The translations under genes and the position numbers were made by a program. The notes beneath the pieces were generated by a model that did no database searches, was not told where the DNA came from, and saw only the letters and a list, made by a program, of their open reading frames with translations. From a phage, in NCBI GenBank assembly GCA_025829515.1, contig GCA_025829515.1_4865.2: DNA of 54,940 nt. One strand, given 5' to 3'. The first letter of the stretch is position 1, and the number at the start of each line of letters is the position of its first letter. Shown piece after piece: positions 46,491 through 54,940 of the stretch.

Positions 46491-47375
46491 ATGCCCTTTT
46501 CACTATGGAACAGAGCCATGATTGATATTTATACCGACTATGCGGCTGTATTGACAGTCAACCGTCACGAAGGTCGTGCAGCACCGATGCTAGATTTAGT
46601 GACGCTCGGTATGGATTACGGTTACGATGTGGCGTTATCCGATGTTTATAGCAACCCGTTGTCTGACCCTGCGGACGAAACTGTTCGTCTGGAATCCATT
46701 ATCGTGAAGGTAGCGGTTGGGTTAGGCAACCGCCTCGGTATCGGACTTAATCCACAAATCGTCTTCCAGAAACCGAAAGAAACCGTACGTATCCTTCACG
46801 GTGTGTTGGAAGCCTTCGAAGAGTTCGAAGACAGTGATGCCCTTTACGGGATTGTCTCCTCTGGTGAGACACCAGAGTATATCCTGGAGAACATGTGTCG
46901 TTATGTTTACGGTGACGAAAACCTGCACTTCGAAGACCTGATTACTGTTGTCAGCCCACGCGTGCTTACCGTGATGGAAAACTTCTTAGCGGCAGAGTCG
47001 TTGGAAAGCCAGAAAAGAAATGGCGATGATGAGCGCCAAGCGCGTATCGTCACTTACTTGCGGTTGTTCCCTGAGAACCCGTCAGCGTTTGTCTTTATGA
47101 ATCTGCCTGCTGAACCAGACTTAACAGTGGTGCAACAATCGTTAGAATTTCGCGTAGAAGACATTAGCGAAATTGATTTGCTGACAATGTATGCAGTAGG
47201 CTTATCGATTATTCCTCATGCGGAGTTTGACGGGGCTTACGGTGACTTAGAAAAGAACCTTGCCTTGTTGAACGTCGACAACGTCCCGCCTGGAGAAATC
47301 TTGCGGAAAGGATTGGAAGCGTTGAAAGTCATATACGCTAGTGGGGACGCGGAGGTAGATGATGAACAAGATTGA
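46491..47375 (+). CDS. hypothetical acidic protein
   Basis: 294-aa ORF; start uncertain (alternative ATG at 46518). Confidence 0.5.
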   Translation: MPFSLWNRAMIDIYTDYAAVLTVNRHEGRAAPMLDLVTLGMDYGYDVALSDVYSNPLSDPADETVRLESIIVKVAVGLGNRLGIGLNPQIVFQKPKETVRILHGVLEAFEEFEDSDALYGIVSSGETPEYILENMCRYVYGDENLHFEDLITVVSPRVLTVMENFLAAESLESQKRNGDDERQARIVTYLRLFPENPSAFVFMNLPAEPDLTVVQQSLEFRVEDISEIDLLTMYAVGLSIIPHAEFDGAYGDLEKNLALLNVDNVPPGEILRKGLEALKVIYASGDAEVDDEQD

Positions 47376-48657
47376 TTATCTGGTTGCTGCGTGTAAAGCA
47401 GAAGCTTGGCGTAGACTGGTGTGGCGTATTGCGGTTTTCAACGTGGCTATCTTTAATGAAAAAGGTGAGCCACCTGAGCAATACGACCTGAACTACATTG
47501 ACGGCTTACCCCACTACTGGGAAAACGAAGAAACCAAGTGGGTGCCGATTGAAGGGTGCAAAAAAGATGAAGAGCTGTTCGTGCCGGAAGAGCAGTTTGA
47601 ATTGCGTCCTGAGATGTACCCAGGTTTAGCTGGTCCCATTCCGACTACCGTGGGTCGCTATGTCTTTAACTGGATTGCTATCTATTACGCTTTCGGTACC
47701 CGTCTCCCGTATCTGGCAGAGTCTCGTGACCCGCTAGCCTACCGTAAAGAGATGTATGAGCGTTGTGTGGAATATGATGACACCGATCCAGACAACGAAG
47801 ACGCGATTCGACCGTACATGATAGGACGCTTTGTAGGGGGTCTACACGAGCTTGCTCCGTTGTGTCGTGGGATTGCCCCAACAGGAACTATTAGAAGCCT
47901 TACAACGCATCCTGACGCGTATAAGGTACGAGATGCGTTGCTGTTGAAGCACAAAGACGAACTGGATAACCCTGCGGTTATCGTTATGATTGAAAAAGCT
48001 CTCGACGAACTTGATAAAGAGTGGTTGAGTGGCGACCAGTCCGTTGAGTTCTACAGCTCGCCTAAAGCGCGTATGCGTCGCCGTAAGCTGATGCTGATGT
48101 ACGGTATTCAGACCGCTTTTAAAGAAGGGGCAGATTTTACCTTAATCCCAACGAGTCTGATGGAAGTTGATCAGACCGGGATGAAGTATCTGGTAGAGAA
48201 ATTCAATGATACGCGAGAAGGTTCCTTCATGCGTGGTGCAGAAACTGCCAAGGGCGGGGAGCAAGTACGTATCATCCAGATGATCTTCCAGAACCACAAA
48301 ATCGTACCTGGCGATTGCGGGACAAAACTGACACATGCACTTGTAATTAACCAGTATAACTACAAGCGTTATGTTGGCATGAACGCGATGATTAACGGTA
48401 AAGTTACCCAACTTACTGAAGAGTATTTGAAAACACAATTTGGTAAAGTTGTTCGACTCCGCCGACCCATCTTATGTCAGCAAGGTCACGTAGACTGTTG
48501 TGCGGCGTGCGCCTCTGCACACAAAGCAGAAGAGCCACGGGCAATCGCTGCGGATATCTCTTCCGGCTTCTCGAACGTTATGACCACTGCAATGGGTGCG
48601 ATGCACGGTCGCGAAACCGTGGTTAAAGAGTACATCCCTAAATTCCACATCACCTAA
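47359..48657 (+). CDS. hypothetical protein with C-terminal Cys cluster
   Basis: 432-aa ORF; GGAGG RBS; CQQGHVDCCAACASAH motif. Confidence 0.55.
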   Translation: MMNKIDYLVAACKAEAWRRLVWRIAVFNVAIFNEKGEPPEQYDLNYIDGLPHYWENEETKWVPIEGCKKDEELFVPEEQFELRPEMYPGLAGPIPTTVGRYVFNWIAIYYAFGTRLPYLAESRDPLAYRKEMYERCVEYDDTDPDNEDAIRPYMIGRFVGGLHELAPLCRGIAPTGTIRSLTTHPDAYKVRDALLLKHKDELDNPAVIVMIEKALDELDKEWLSGDQSVEFYSSPKARMRRRKLMLMYGIQTAFKEGADFTLIPTSLMEVDQTGMKYLVEKFNDTREGSFMRGAETAKGGEQVRIIQMIFQNHKIVPGDCGTKLTHALVINQYNYKRYVGMNAMINGKVTQLTEEYLKTQFGKVVRLRRPILCQQGHVDCCAACASAHKAEEPRAIAADISSGFSNVMTTAMGAMHGRETVVKEYIPKFHIT

Positions 48658-48670
48658 GGATTGTTTCCTC

Positions 48671-49171
48671 ATGACTAAGAAAGACACTACTACCCTTGAC
48701 CCGCGTACAGAAGGCGTGGTCCGTGATAGCGCTTCTTACAGCAACGACGACCAATATCGTGTTAAACTGATCACCACGATGCTCGATGAAGCAGGTAACA
48801 ATGCCGGCCCACGTAAACCATCTGGTACCCAGGCTGAGAAAGATGCGTATAATAAGCTGCATCACTCTTTCCGTGAGCTGTTTAAACTGCGCGGTCAGGC
48901 CTTCCTGGATGGTTTCTACGCCTTCGTAGAAGCGGCTAATAAGCATCGTAACGGTATTTTCTACGCACCGGCTGCTAATAACCGTATCAGTGAGAACTTC
49001 CCGAATCGTGACGAGCGTGAAGTCTTCGTTATCTTTATTAACATGCTGATTCGTTACGCACGTTGCGCCGATAAAGGCCGTTTCCGTGATACCAACGATG
49101 TTGACCGCCTGGCCCGTCGCCTGAACGACCCGGACCTGCGTTCGCTGGTTATGCACGCCTTTGGCGGTTAA
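48671..49171 (+). CDS. hypothetical protein
   Basis: In-frame ATG at 48671 with AAGGA RBS (track start 48596 lacks one); optimised codons. Confidence 0.55.
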   Translation: MTKKDTTTLDPRTEGVVRDSASYSNDDQYRVKLITTMLDEAGNNAGPRKPSGTQAEKDAYNKLHHSFRELFKLRGQAFLDGFYAFVEAANKHRNGIFYAPAANNRISENFPNRDEREVFVIFINMLIRYARCADKGRFRDTNDVDRLARRLNDPDLRSLVMHAFGG

Positions 49172-49178
49172 ATAAAAG

Positions 49179-49220
49179 TACCTCTCTACCCTAGGGTAGA
49201 GAGGCCTTTCTTTTTTTGTT
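49179..49220. terminator. bidirectional rho-independent terminator
   Basis: Near-perfect palindrome cctctctacc-ctag-ggtagagagg flanked by an A-rich stretch upstream and T-run downstream; between convergent genes. Confidence 0.65.
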
Positions 49221-51005
49221 TTAGAACCCGCAGATGTACTCCATAGGCTCTGTCACTACTTCCCCTTGCTTACGTAAGAACGTAGACAGGACAGTGTCTT
49301 TGTCCGGTAAGCAGAAGAAGTCTGTCGCTATTTCCATGGCATTAACTCGCCCAGCAGTTAAGTTGACGCCCGTGCGACGTCGAATCTCTTCACTAACCCC
49401 ATTGATGGATAGCAGTTCAATGAGTGTGGTCTCACGAGACTGGTTCATCATGTTTGTGGCCGAAGGGTAGGCCTGGGTTAAGTCCGCATCCGCAGTTTGA
49501 CCACGGAACGCAGAGTAATATTCGTCAATCTCCTCCAGAATGTTGTTCAGACCGTTCTCAGCATTCATACATGCTGTCAGGGTAACAATCCAACCGTCCG
49601 TACCGATAACTTCTTCATCGTAATCGTTACGCATTGCAGACCCTACGGAACCGATGACGTATCCTTTGTCATACAGATAATAGGTAAAGGCCACGCAGAT
49701 ACGTTTTGGTAGCGACGGGAAGATATCGTACATCGAGAAACCTGCCAGAATGGATATTGCCGAAGACAAGTCGTTCGTCTTCTTATCCAACAACACGATT
49801 AACAAGTTATCCATCATGTTGTATACGGCATATTCGGCAGGGTAGTCCCGTTGTGCTTTTATGTGCCATTGCAGGTTATCTTCATACGGCAGTCCGGGAA
49901 TGTCGAGTTTGTGTAAACCGAGTTCGGTGTACAGTATGGCAGATAACTTGTACGAAGGACGTTGCCCTTCGTGGACACGCAACGAACGGAATAACACCAT
50001 GGCATCCACACAGTAGAAAGACGCAGTACAGTAGAGTACGTGCCACTGTTGTGACGGTGCTTTGGTGAGTGACTTGGATTCCGTCTTTTTGTTCGCCTGG
50101 TCTTCTTTAAACCACAGACGACGGTATTTCTCCGGCACATCCGGATGGTTAAAGACGCCCAGTGGATCGATACCTTCTTTCTGCAAGGTTTCCAACATGC
50201 GTGAAATATCGAACTGGTGGTTCCATGCGACCAGCAAATCAGGAAGACGCGGATGAATCTCTTCGAACATCCTGACGATGCACTGCCCTGCCGTAGCGCA
50301 GGTATAGGTGAAGATTTTATAACCACTGATAATGTCTTTGGTCTTTGTCACCTTTTCGCCGGTCTTTTTGTCTTTCTCATCGAATTCGATTTTGCTTAAG
50401 AGTTCCTGCGCTTTTTTGAGAATGACTTCTTCCGCGTTTTTACCGATGCGGTCCATGTAGTTCTTAGCACCAAAGAAATGGATTTCGTCGTCTAAGATAA
50501 ATGACACGATCCACGGTTCCTTCGTGCCGTCCATTTCGTTGGTCTCCACGTCGTATACGCAAAGACGGTTAGGGCTGATGTTGTTCGGCCAGCGCTTTAA
50601 ATATTTCTGTTTAATCCAGCTGGTAATCGGTAAGTCGGCCCAATAAACGTACGGGCTAGTACAGACACGCCGCAGGTTCTTTTTCGGGTCAGGGAAACGT
50701 GCACCTAAACCCATCTGCAACGTCTTCGCCATCTGCGCATCAGTAGTCCAGAGTTCTTGACATTTTCCTTTTTCTTCGAACTCTTTTTTCTCCTGGTGGT
50801 TACGATATTCTTCACGGGTAACGTACACCGGACGCTTTAAATTCTCACGCATTACCAAGCGCGGGATAAGCCTGCCATCCTTAGTATGGATGACCTCTTT
50901 GATGAGGACAAAGTCATTTTCTTTTTCTTCGTCCGTCGCATAAGCGACGTGTTTGCACTCTTTAGCGATGACATCCTCGGGTGCGTAATAGGTATTGATT
51001 TCCAT
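49221..51005 (-). CDS. DEDD-family 3'-5' exonuclease domain protein (possible exonuclease part of a split family-B DNA polymerase)
   Basis: Exo I LCVYDVETNEMDG, Exo II LVAWNHQFDISRM, Exo III YAVYNMMDNLLIV at polymerase-like ~115-aa spacing; ATG at plus 51003-51005. Confidence 0.6.
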   Translation of the reverse strand: MEINTYYAPEDVIAKECKHVAYATDEEKENDFVLIKEVIHTKDGRLIPRLVMRENLKRPVYVTREEYRNHQEKKEFEEKGKCQELWTTDAQMAKTLQMGLGARFPDPKKNLRRVCTSPYVYWADLPITSWIKQKYLKRWPNNISPNRLCVYDVETNEMDGTKEPWIVSFILDDEIHFFGAKNYMDRIGKNAEEVILKKAQELLSKIEFDEKDKKTGEKVTKTKDIISGYKIFTYTCATAGQCIVRMFEEIHPRLPDLLVAWNHQFDISRMLETLQKEGIDPLGVFNHPDVPEKYRRLWFKEDQANKKTESKSLTKAPSQQWHVLYCTASFYCVDAMVLFRSLRVHEGQRPSYKLSAILYTELGLHKLDIPGLPYEDNLQWHIKAQRDYPAEYAVYNMMDNLLIVLLDKKTNDLSSAISILAGFSMYDIFPSLPKRICVAFTYYLYDKGYVIGSVGSAMRNDYDEEVIGTDGWIVTLTACMNAENGLNNILEEIDEYYSAFRGQTADADLTQAYPSATNMMNQSRETTLIELLSINGVSEEIRRRTGVNLTAGRVNAMEIATDFFCLPDKDTVLSTFLRKQGEVVTEPMEYICGF

Positions 51006-51075
51006 GGTCTACTCTCAAATATGGTGTCTGCTATACTGATTTGTGGGTAACGTATTTTCTAAAAGGAACGTCTAA

Positions 51076-52425
51076 ATGGGACACTGGCAAAAGCACATAA
51101 CCTCGTTGGCCGACGCGAAAGCCGTGGCCTCGGAATCCATCGGATTCCAAGATAAAAAGAAACTCGCCTCTTTGGCGGAAGTGGTACGTAAGTTCCGTGA
51201 TGCGGGCGACTTCTCGCCAGCGGGTTATCAGAGTTCTGGTATTGCTGCCTGGGTCTTTGACAACAACGGTATTACAGTCCTGCCTCGTAACGGGTCCGAC
51301 TTAGGTGTGGCGGACGTTGTGTTTGCGGGTGTGGAGCCACCGAAGCTCGACGCGAACAACCCAATCATCGCCGACCTGCAACGCAAGATGGTGCAGGGTA
51401 ACACCGACCTGGATGTCTACAGTAAGTTCTTAAAAGAGAACGAACTGAACGGCGAGTTCGACGATAAAAATGCGAAGCTTTCAGGCGAACTCAGCAAGGT
51501 GCCGTCCCCACTTTGGCTGACCCCGAAACTACTGACCAGTATCGACTTAACGGATTTAGAAGTCGCGGCGATTATTCTACATGAAGTCGGCCACGTCTAT
51601 TACTATTTCCGTACCTTGATGCGTACGGTGGTAACGAACCTGATTGCGGATGCTGCAGCGAACCGCATGATGCAAACCGAAGACCCGACAGTGCGTTTAA
51701 AAGTCGTAAAAGACGTTGAACGTATGCTGAACACCAAAGTGAATCAGCCGGAAACTATCTGCAAAGAGATGTCTAAAGAGAACATCTACATGCATCTGGT
51801 GACAGACATTCTGCTTGAGCGTCCGTTTGTTACCGGTTCGGAAGGGTTCGCTAACCGTACCTGGGAACGTGCTGCAGATGACTTCGCAGCTCGTTTTGGT
51901 GCAGCCCCGTACCTGGCGTCAGCCCTGTACAAAATCGAAACGTCCCAATTCTATCTCTGCCGGAACGCGTCGTACATGAACTACGGTGTGCATCTGATGC
52001 TGGAAATGCTTAACGTTTCGCTGCTGATTGTGGCTTCGACTAATCCAGTTGGCCTGTTCTTCACGACTATCTCGGTGGCGTTCGGTCTGATTGTGAACGA
52101 CCCACGCAACACCATCTACGATCCGCCGCAGGAACGTTTTGAGACGATGCGCCGTAACTTAGTGGAAGAGCTGAACACCTTAAAAGGTAGCACCACGAAA
52201 GAAGCGAACGAACATCGTAAACGTATTCTGCAGGGCATTGCGTCTATCGACGAATTACTGAAAACCGTGAAAGACAAAGACAACGTCTTTAGCTTCATCA
52301 TGAAAACGCTGACCCCTGGCGGTCGCCGTGAGCGCGCTGGTGTGGATTATCAGCGTACGATGGAGCGTTATCTTTCTAATGACCTGCGTGTGGCTTCTGC
52401 GAAGCTCGCCACGGTAAAGTCGTAG
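51076..52425 (+). CDS. HExxH-motif protein (putative zinc metallopeptidase)
   Basis: 449-aa ORF; AAAAGGA RBS; AAIILHEVGHVYYYF contains HExxH; hydrophobic segment near the C-terminus. Confidence 0.55.
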   Translation: MGHWQKHITSLADAKAVASESIGFQDKKKLASLAEVVRKFRDAGDFSPAGYQSSGIAAWVFDNNGITVLPRNGSDLGVADVVFAGVEPPKLDANNPIIADLQRKMVQGNTDLDVYSKFLKENELNGEFDDKNAKLSGELSKVPSPLWLTPKLLTSIDLTDLEVAAIILHEVGHVYYYFRTLMRTVVTNLIADAAANRMMQTEDPTVRLKVVKDVERMLNTKVNQPETICKEMSKENIYMHLVTDILLERPFVTGSEGFANRTWERAADDFAARFGAAPYLASALYKIETSQFYLCRNASYMNYGVHLMLEMLNVSLLIVASTNPVGLFFTTISVAFGLIVNDPRNTIYDPPQERFETMRRNLVEELNTLKGSTTKEANEHRKRILQGIASIDELLKTVKDKDNVFSFIMKTLTPGGRRERAGVDYQRTMERYLSNDLRVASAKLATVKS

Positions 52426-52463
52426 GGGAATCTTCGTCCACAGCACCTCGCGTGTTGTGGGTG

Positions 52464-52889
52464 ATGCTGCCGTACCACTGGAAGGTGCTGTCAGCCAGTC
52501 AGATTGACCGTGACTTATACGGCGACCGTATTGGAACTGACACACCGACCCTCGAAGCGTATGCGACGCGCGCAGAGGCGGTTAAAGCGGGTATCGAGTA
52601 CGCCTGTCGAACTAATCGTTCATCGGCACCGGGGCAGCCTATCGCTTCCGTACGCGTACAACAGCGCGGCAACGAGCTATTGTTGAAATCGAACGGTTAC
52701 TGGAACAATATTTCGATGCAGGACAGCTTGCATCTGTATCGGATTGATCCTAGTAAATGCTCCGAACCCTGGCAGCAAGCCTACGAAGGTTCCCCCGAAT
52801 ATTACACACGTGGCGTGACAGACTACGAAGAAGTCTACTTCGACACGATTCACAACCACATCAAAGAAGCCGGTCTTACCGTTTCTTAA
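52464..52889 (+). CDS. hypothetical protein (start uncertain)
   Basis: ORF track start 52452 is GTG; first ATG in frame is 52464; no clear RBS. Confidence 0.4.
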   Translation: MLPYHWKVLSASQIDRDLYGDRIGTDTPTLEAYATRAEAVKAGIEYACRTNRSSAPGQPIASVRVQQRGNELLLKSNGYWNNISMQDSLHLYRIDPSKCSEPWQQAYEGSPEYYTRGVTDYEEVYFDTIHNHIKEAGLTVS

Positions 52890-52904
52890 GTAAGGGTACT
52901 TAAC

Positions 52905-53348
52905 ATGACGCATAAAGTTTCTTTAAATAACCTGGTACTGGATTTCAAACGTACCAACGAAGGGAAAGGTGTACACGCCCAGCGTGCTTTGACCGGTCTG
53001 GTTGCTTTCTCACTGGCGTATAACGCGGTATTGGCTGACAATGGCCAATATGGCGCTGCAGAGGCCGCTGGGACGTTTTTACGTCCGGTAATGCGTAACA
53101 TCGTCTCTGACGTTAACGAGCTGTACTGTGTTGATTTAGGCGTGATTGAGGACATGACCGTGGGTCTGTACTGCAATCGTTACTGCAACGTGTATGGCGG
53201 CGCTAAAGCTCTGGAAAGTTTCTCAGTTCGTGAGATTTTCAACCAGGCACTCGGGGAAGATATCTGGGAAACCGTCGGTCTGTGGATTAGCCGCTTTATG
53301 GAAGTGGTTGGTTTCTACATGGCAGAACTGAAAGGGCAGATTTCATGA
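52905..53348 (+). CDS. hypothetical protein
   Basis: 147-aa ORF; AAGGG RBS. Confidence 0.5.
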   Translation: MTHKVSLNNLVLDFKRTNEGKGVHAQRALTGLVAFSLAYNAVLADNGQYGAAEAAGTFLRPVMRNIVSDVNELYCVDLGVIEDMTVGLYCNRYCNVYGGAKALESFSVREIFNQALGEDIWETVGLWISRFMEVVGFYMAELKGQIS

Positions 53349-54940
53349 GCATGGAAATGACAGGTAACGCCACCCACCCCAAATGGCGTTTGGGGGAGAT
53401 CGGTGAAGTCCTGCGTTCACGTATGGCCGAGCGTATTGATTCTGTCAACCAGCTCAATCTGTACATGCAACGCAACGAAGCCGACTTAATCTACGGCTCT
53501 CGACTGATTCTGCAAATCGACGCGATTCTTGACGAAGTTCGTCGCGCAGGTCTGTCGAAAGATGTCGCTGTCGCGGTTGAATCTTCTCGCCCAGGTACAA
53601 TTCCCGAAGCCGTTCGCAAAATCCTGACCTCGAACTATACCCGCACGCACCAGAAAGAGACTATTGTTGCGCTCGAATCCTGGGCAAATGCAGGTAAAGT
53701 GGGATTGGTTGTGCTGATCATGACCGCGATTATCAAAATTATCGGTTGGATTATCAGCAACGGTAACGGGTTTGCTGGTAATGGCGAATTCGACGGCGAA
53801 GGTTACGCTGAGAAAGTCGGCGAAAAAGCAGAGAGTTTCTCCCAGACCGAAAATACCATCATCGGTCAGCTGAAAATCAGCGCAGTGAAAGATGCATACA
53901 TCGAAGCCTCTAAGGGTCTGAAAGGTCGTGACCTGGAAAACCTGAACTTGGCTATCGCGATGGCCGACGAAGTGTTTACGAACATGAACGCGGAAGAGTA
54001 TCTGAACGACTTGAGCAGCGCGCTGGGTCGTTCGCCGTTCACTGAATTGTTCAAAGGTTACACTAAGAAACGCCAATCGAGCCAGCAGGTTATTCACGAT
54101 CTGTTAGACACCCTGTTACAACACAACGTGACGTACGGTATCTACCCGATTGAAGTGGGTAAGAAAGCCTGGCAGGCGTTACCGAAGTCTGCTCGCGAAG
54201 CCGGTGTGCGTATTCCGAACCTGTTGAACTTCCATCAGATGTCGAATGTTGCCAGCGAACTTATCGGTTACTTTGGCTCGCTCCAGAGTGCCTTTAAAGC
54301 GATGATTGACCCAAGCGTCGCCGAAGGTTTTAAGAATCAGCAAGGTTCAACCACCACGCACAACGGTAAGCAAGTTAACAAAGCAGCACACGACACCGCG
54401 CTTATTTTCGGTCAGGCGTTAGCGCAGCTGAACACCACGATGAACTTCATCATCAGCGACGTTTCCCGCAAAGGATTCGAATACGCTACTGCGCCTTTGG
54501 TCGTTATCCCAGAAAACAAAGTTCGCGGTTTAGTGGGTCATGACGATGGTGTGGACTTCGTGCCTGGTAAGGTATTGGTTAATGCACAAGCATCTGCGTT
54601 CTTGGGACGCGAGTGCTTAGAGCAAATGCGCCAAGCGGGCACGTTATCGGTTGGCGACGAACGTGAGTTGCTGGCTGTAGTGGTAACGTTAGGTAAACAA
54701 GGCTTTACCAACGACACCGCCGCGACTAACCTGAACCGCTACAGTGCACTGGATAAGGCAGTTAATAACACGATTAAAGTGTTGGAGCAGTTCCAGAAAG
54801 CAACCAAGGATAACGCTGAATACGTTAACCTGATTAGCGAAGTCATTATGAACGAGCTTAATCAACCTTCTGGTCTGCGCACTGACGGTCGTGAACTCTC
54901 GATGGTGTTATTCTCCCCAGACGGTGACGAAGACCTCTTC
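53345..54940 (+). CDS. hypothetical large protein, 3'-truncated at window edge, with a predicted transmembrane helix
   Basis: Not in the ORF track because no stop occurs before the window end; hand translation from ATG 53345 (ATGA overlap with upstream stop) is open for 532 codons; GLVVLIMTAIIKIIGWII hydrophobic helix; the track's minus ORF 53486..54097 is its antisense shadow. Confidence 0.55.
   Translation, partial: MSMEMTGNATHPKWRLGEIGEVLRSRMAERIDSVNQLNLYMQRNEADLIYGSRLILQIDAILDEVRRAGLSKDVAVAVESSRPGTIPEAVRKILTSNYTRTHQKETIVALESWANAGKVGLVVLIMTAIIKIIGWIISNGNGFAGNGEFDGEGYAEKVGEKAESFSQTENTIIGQLKISAVKDAYIEASKGLKGRDLENLNLAIAMADEVFTNMNAEEYLNDLSSALGRSPFTELFKGYTKKRQSSQQVIHDLLDTLLQHNVTYGIYPIEVGKKAWQALPKSAREAGVRIPNLLNFHQMSNVASELIGYFGSLQSAFKAMIDPSVAEGFKNQQGSTTTHNGKQVNKAAHDTALIFGQALAQLNTTMNFIISDVSRKGFEYATAPLVVIPENKVRGLVGHDDGVDFVPGKVLVNAQASAFLGRECLEQMRQAGTLSVGDERELLAVVVTLGKQGFTNDTAATNLNRYSALDKAVNNTIKVLEQFQKATKDNAEYVNLISEVIMNELNQPSGLRTDGRELSMVLFSPDGDEDLF

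Noticed and set aside
53486-54097. 203-aa minus-strand ORF
   Set aside because: Lies entirely inside the long plus-strand open frame 53345..54940, which has the consistent codon usage; treated as an antisense artefact
1-54940. CRISPR array, integrase or transposase
   Set aside because: No regularly spaced direct repeats and no recombinase- or transposase-like motifs were seen; the repeats present are short regulatory motifs and terminators

Overview
This 54.9-kb window reads as a densely packed, mostly plus-strand stretch of a large virulent dsDNA phage genome with enterobacterial-style codon usage. My best single inference is a nucleus-forming jumbo phage (phiKZ-like), because the window carries a split multisubunit RNA polymerase: a beta' N-terminal fragment (25332..27283), a beta C-terminal-like fragment (37014..39251) and a beta' C-terminal-like fragment (39251..41356), each recognised by hand-aligned conserved motifs. 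Immediately upstream of the beta' N gene sits a 617-aa ORF with strongly optimised codons, which is the position chimallin occupies in phiKZ; that assignment rests on synteny and codon bias only. The most striking observation is that the beta' N gene is interrupted by about 370 nt carrying group I intron core elements, placed directly upstream of the catalytic DFDGD motif. Other supported genes are a large terminase subunit, an HslV-like Ntn-hydrolase, an SbcD/Mre11-like phosphoesterase, a DExH helicase, a DEDD 3'-5' exonuclease and an HExxH protein. The window also holds one canonical tRNA-Trp(CCA), two aberrant tRNA-like elements, about 14 hairpin-plus-T-tract terminators, a 5-1-5 palindromic motif (AGATAtTATCT) recurring seven times, and a 1.77-kb non-coding region with an unusual AT-rich palindrome flanked by alternating purine-pyrimidine GC tracts. 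No CRISPR array, integrase or transposase was seen. All product calls are from motifs read by eye; no database search was run.
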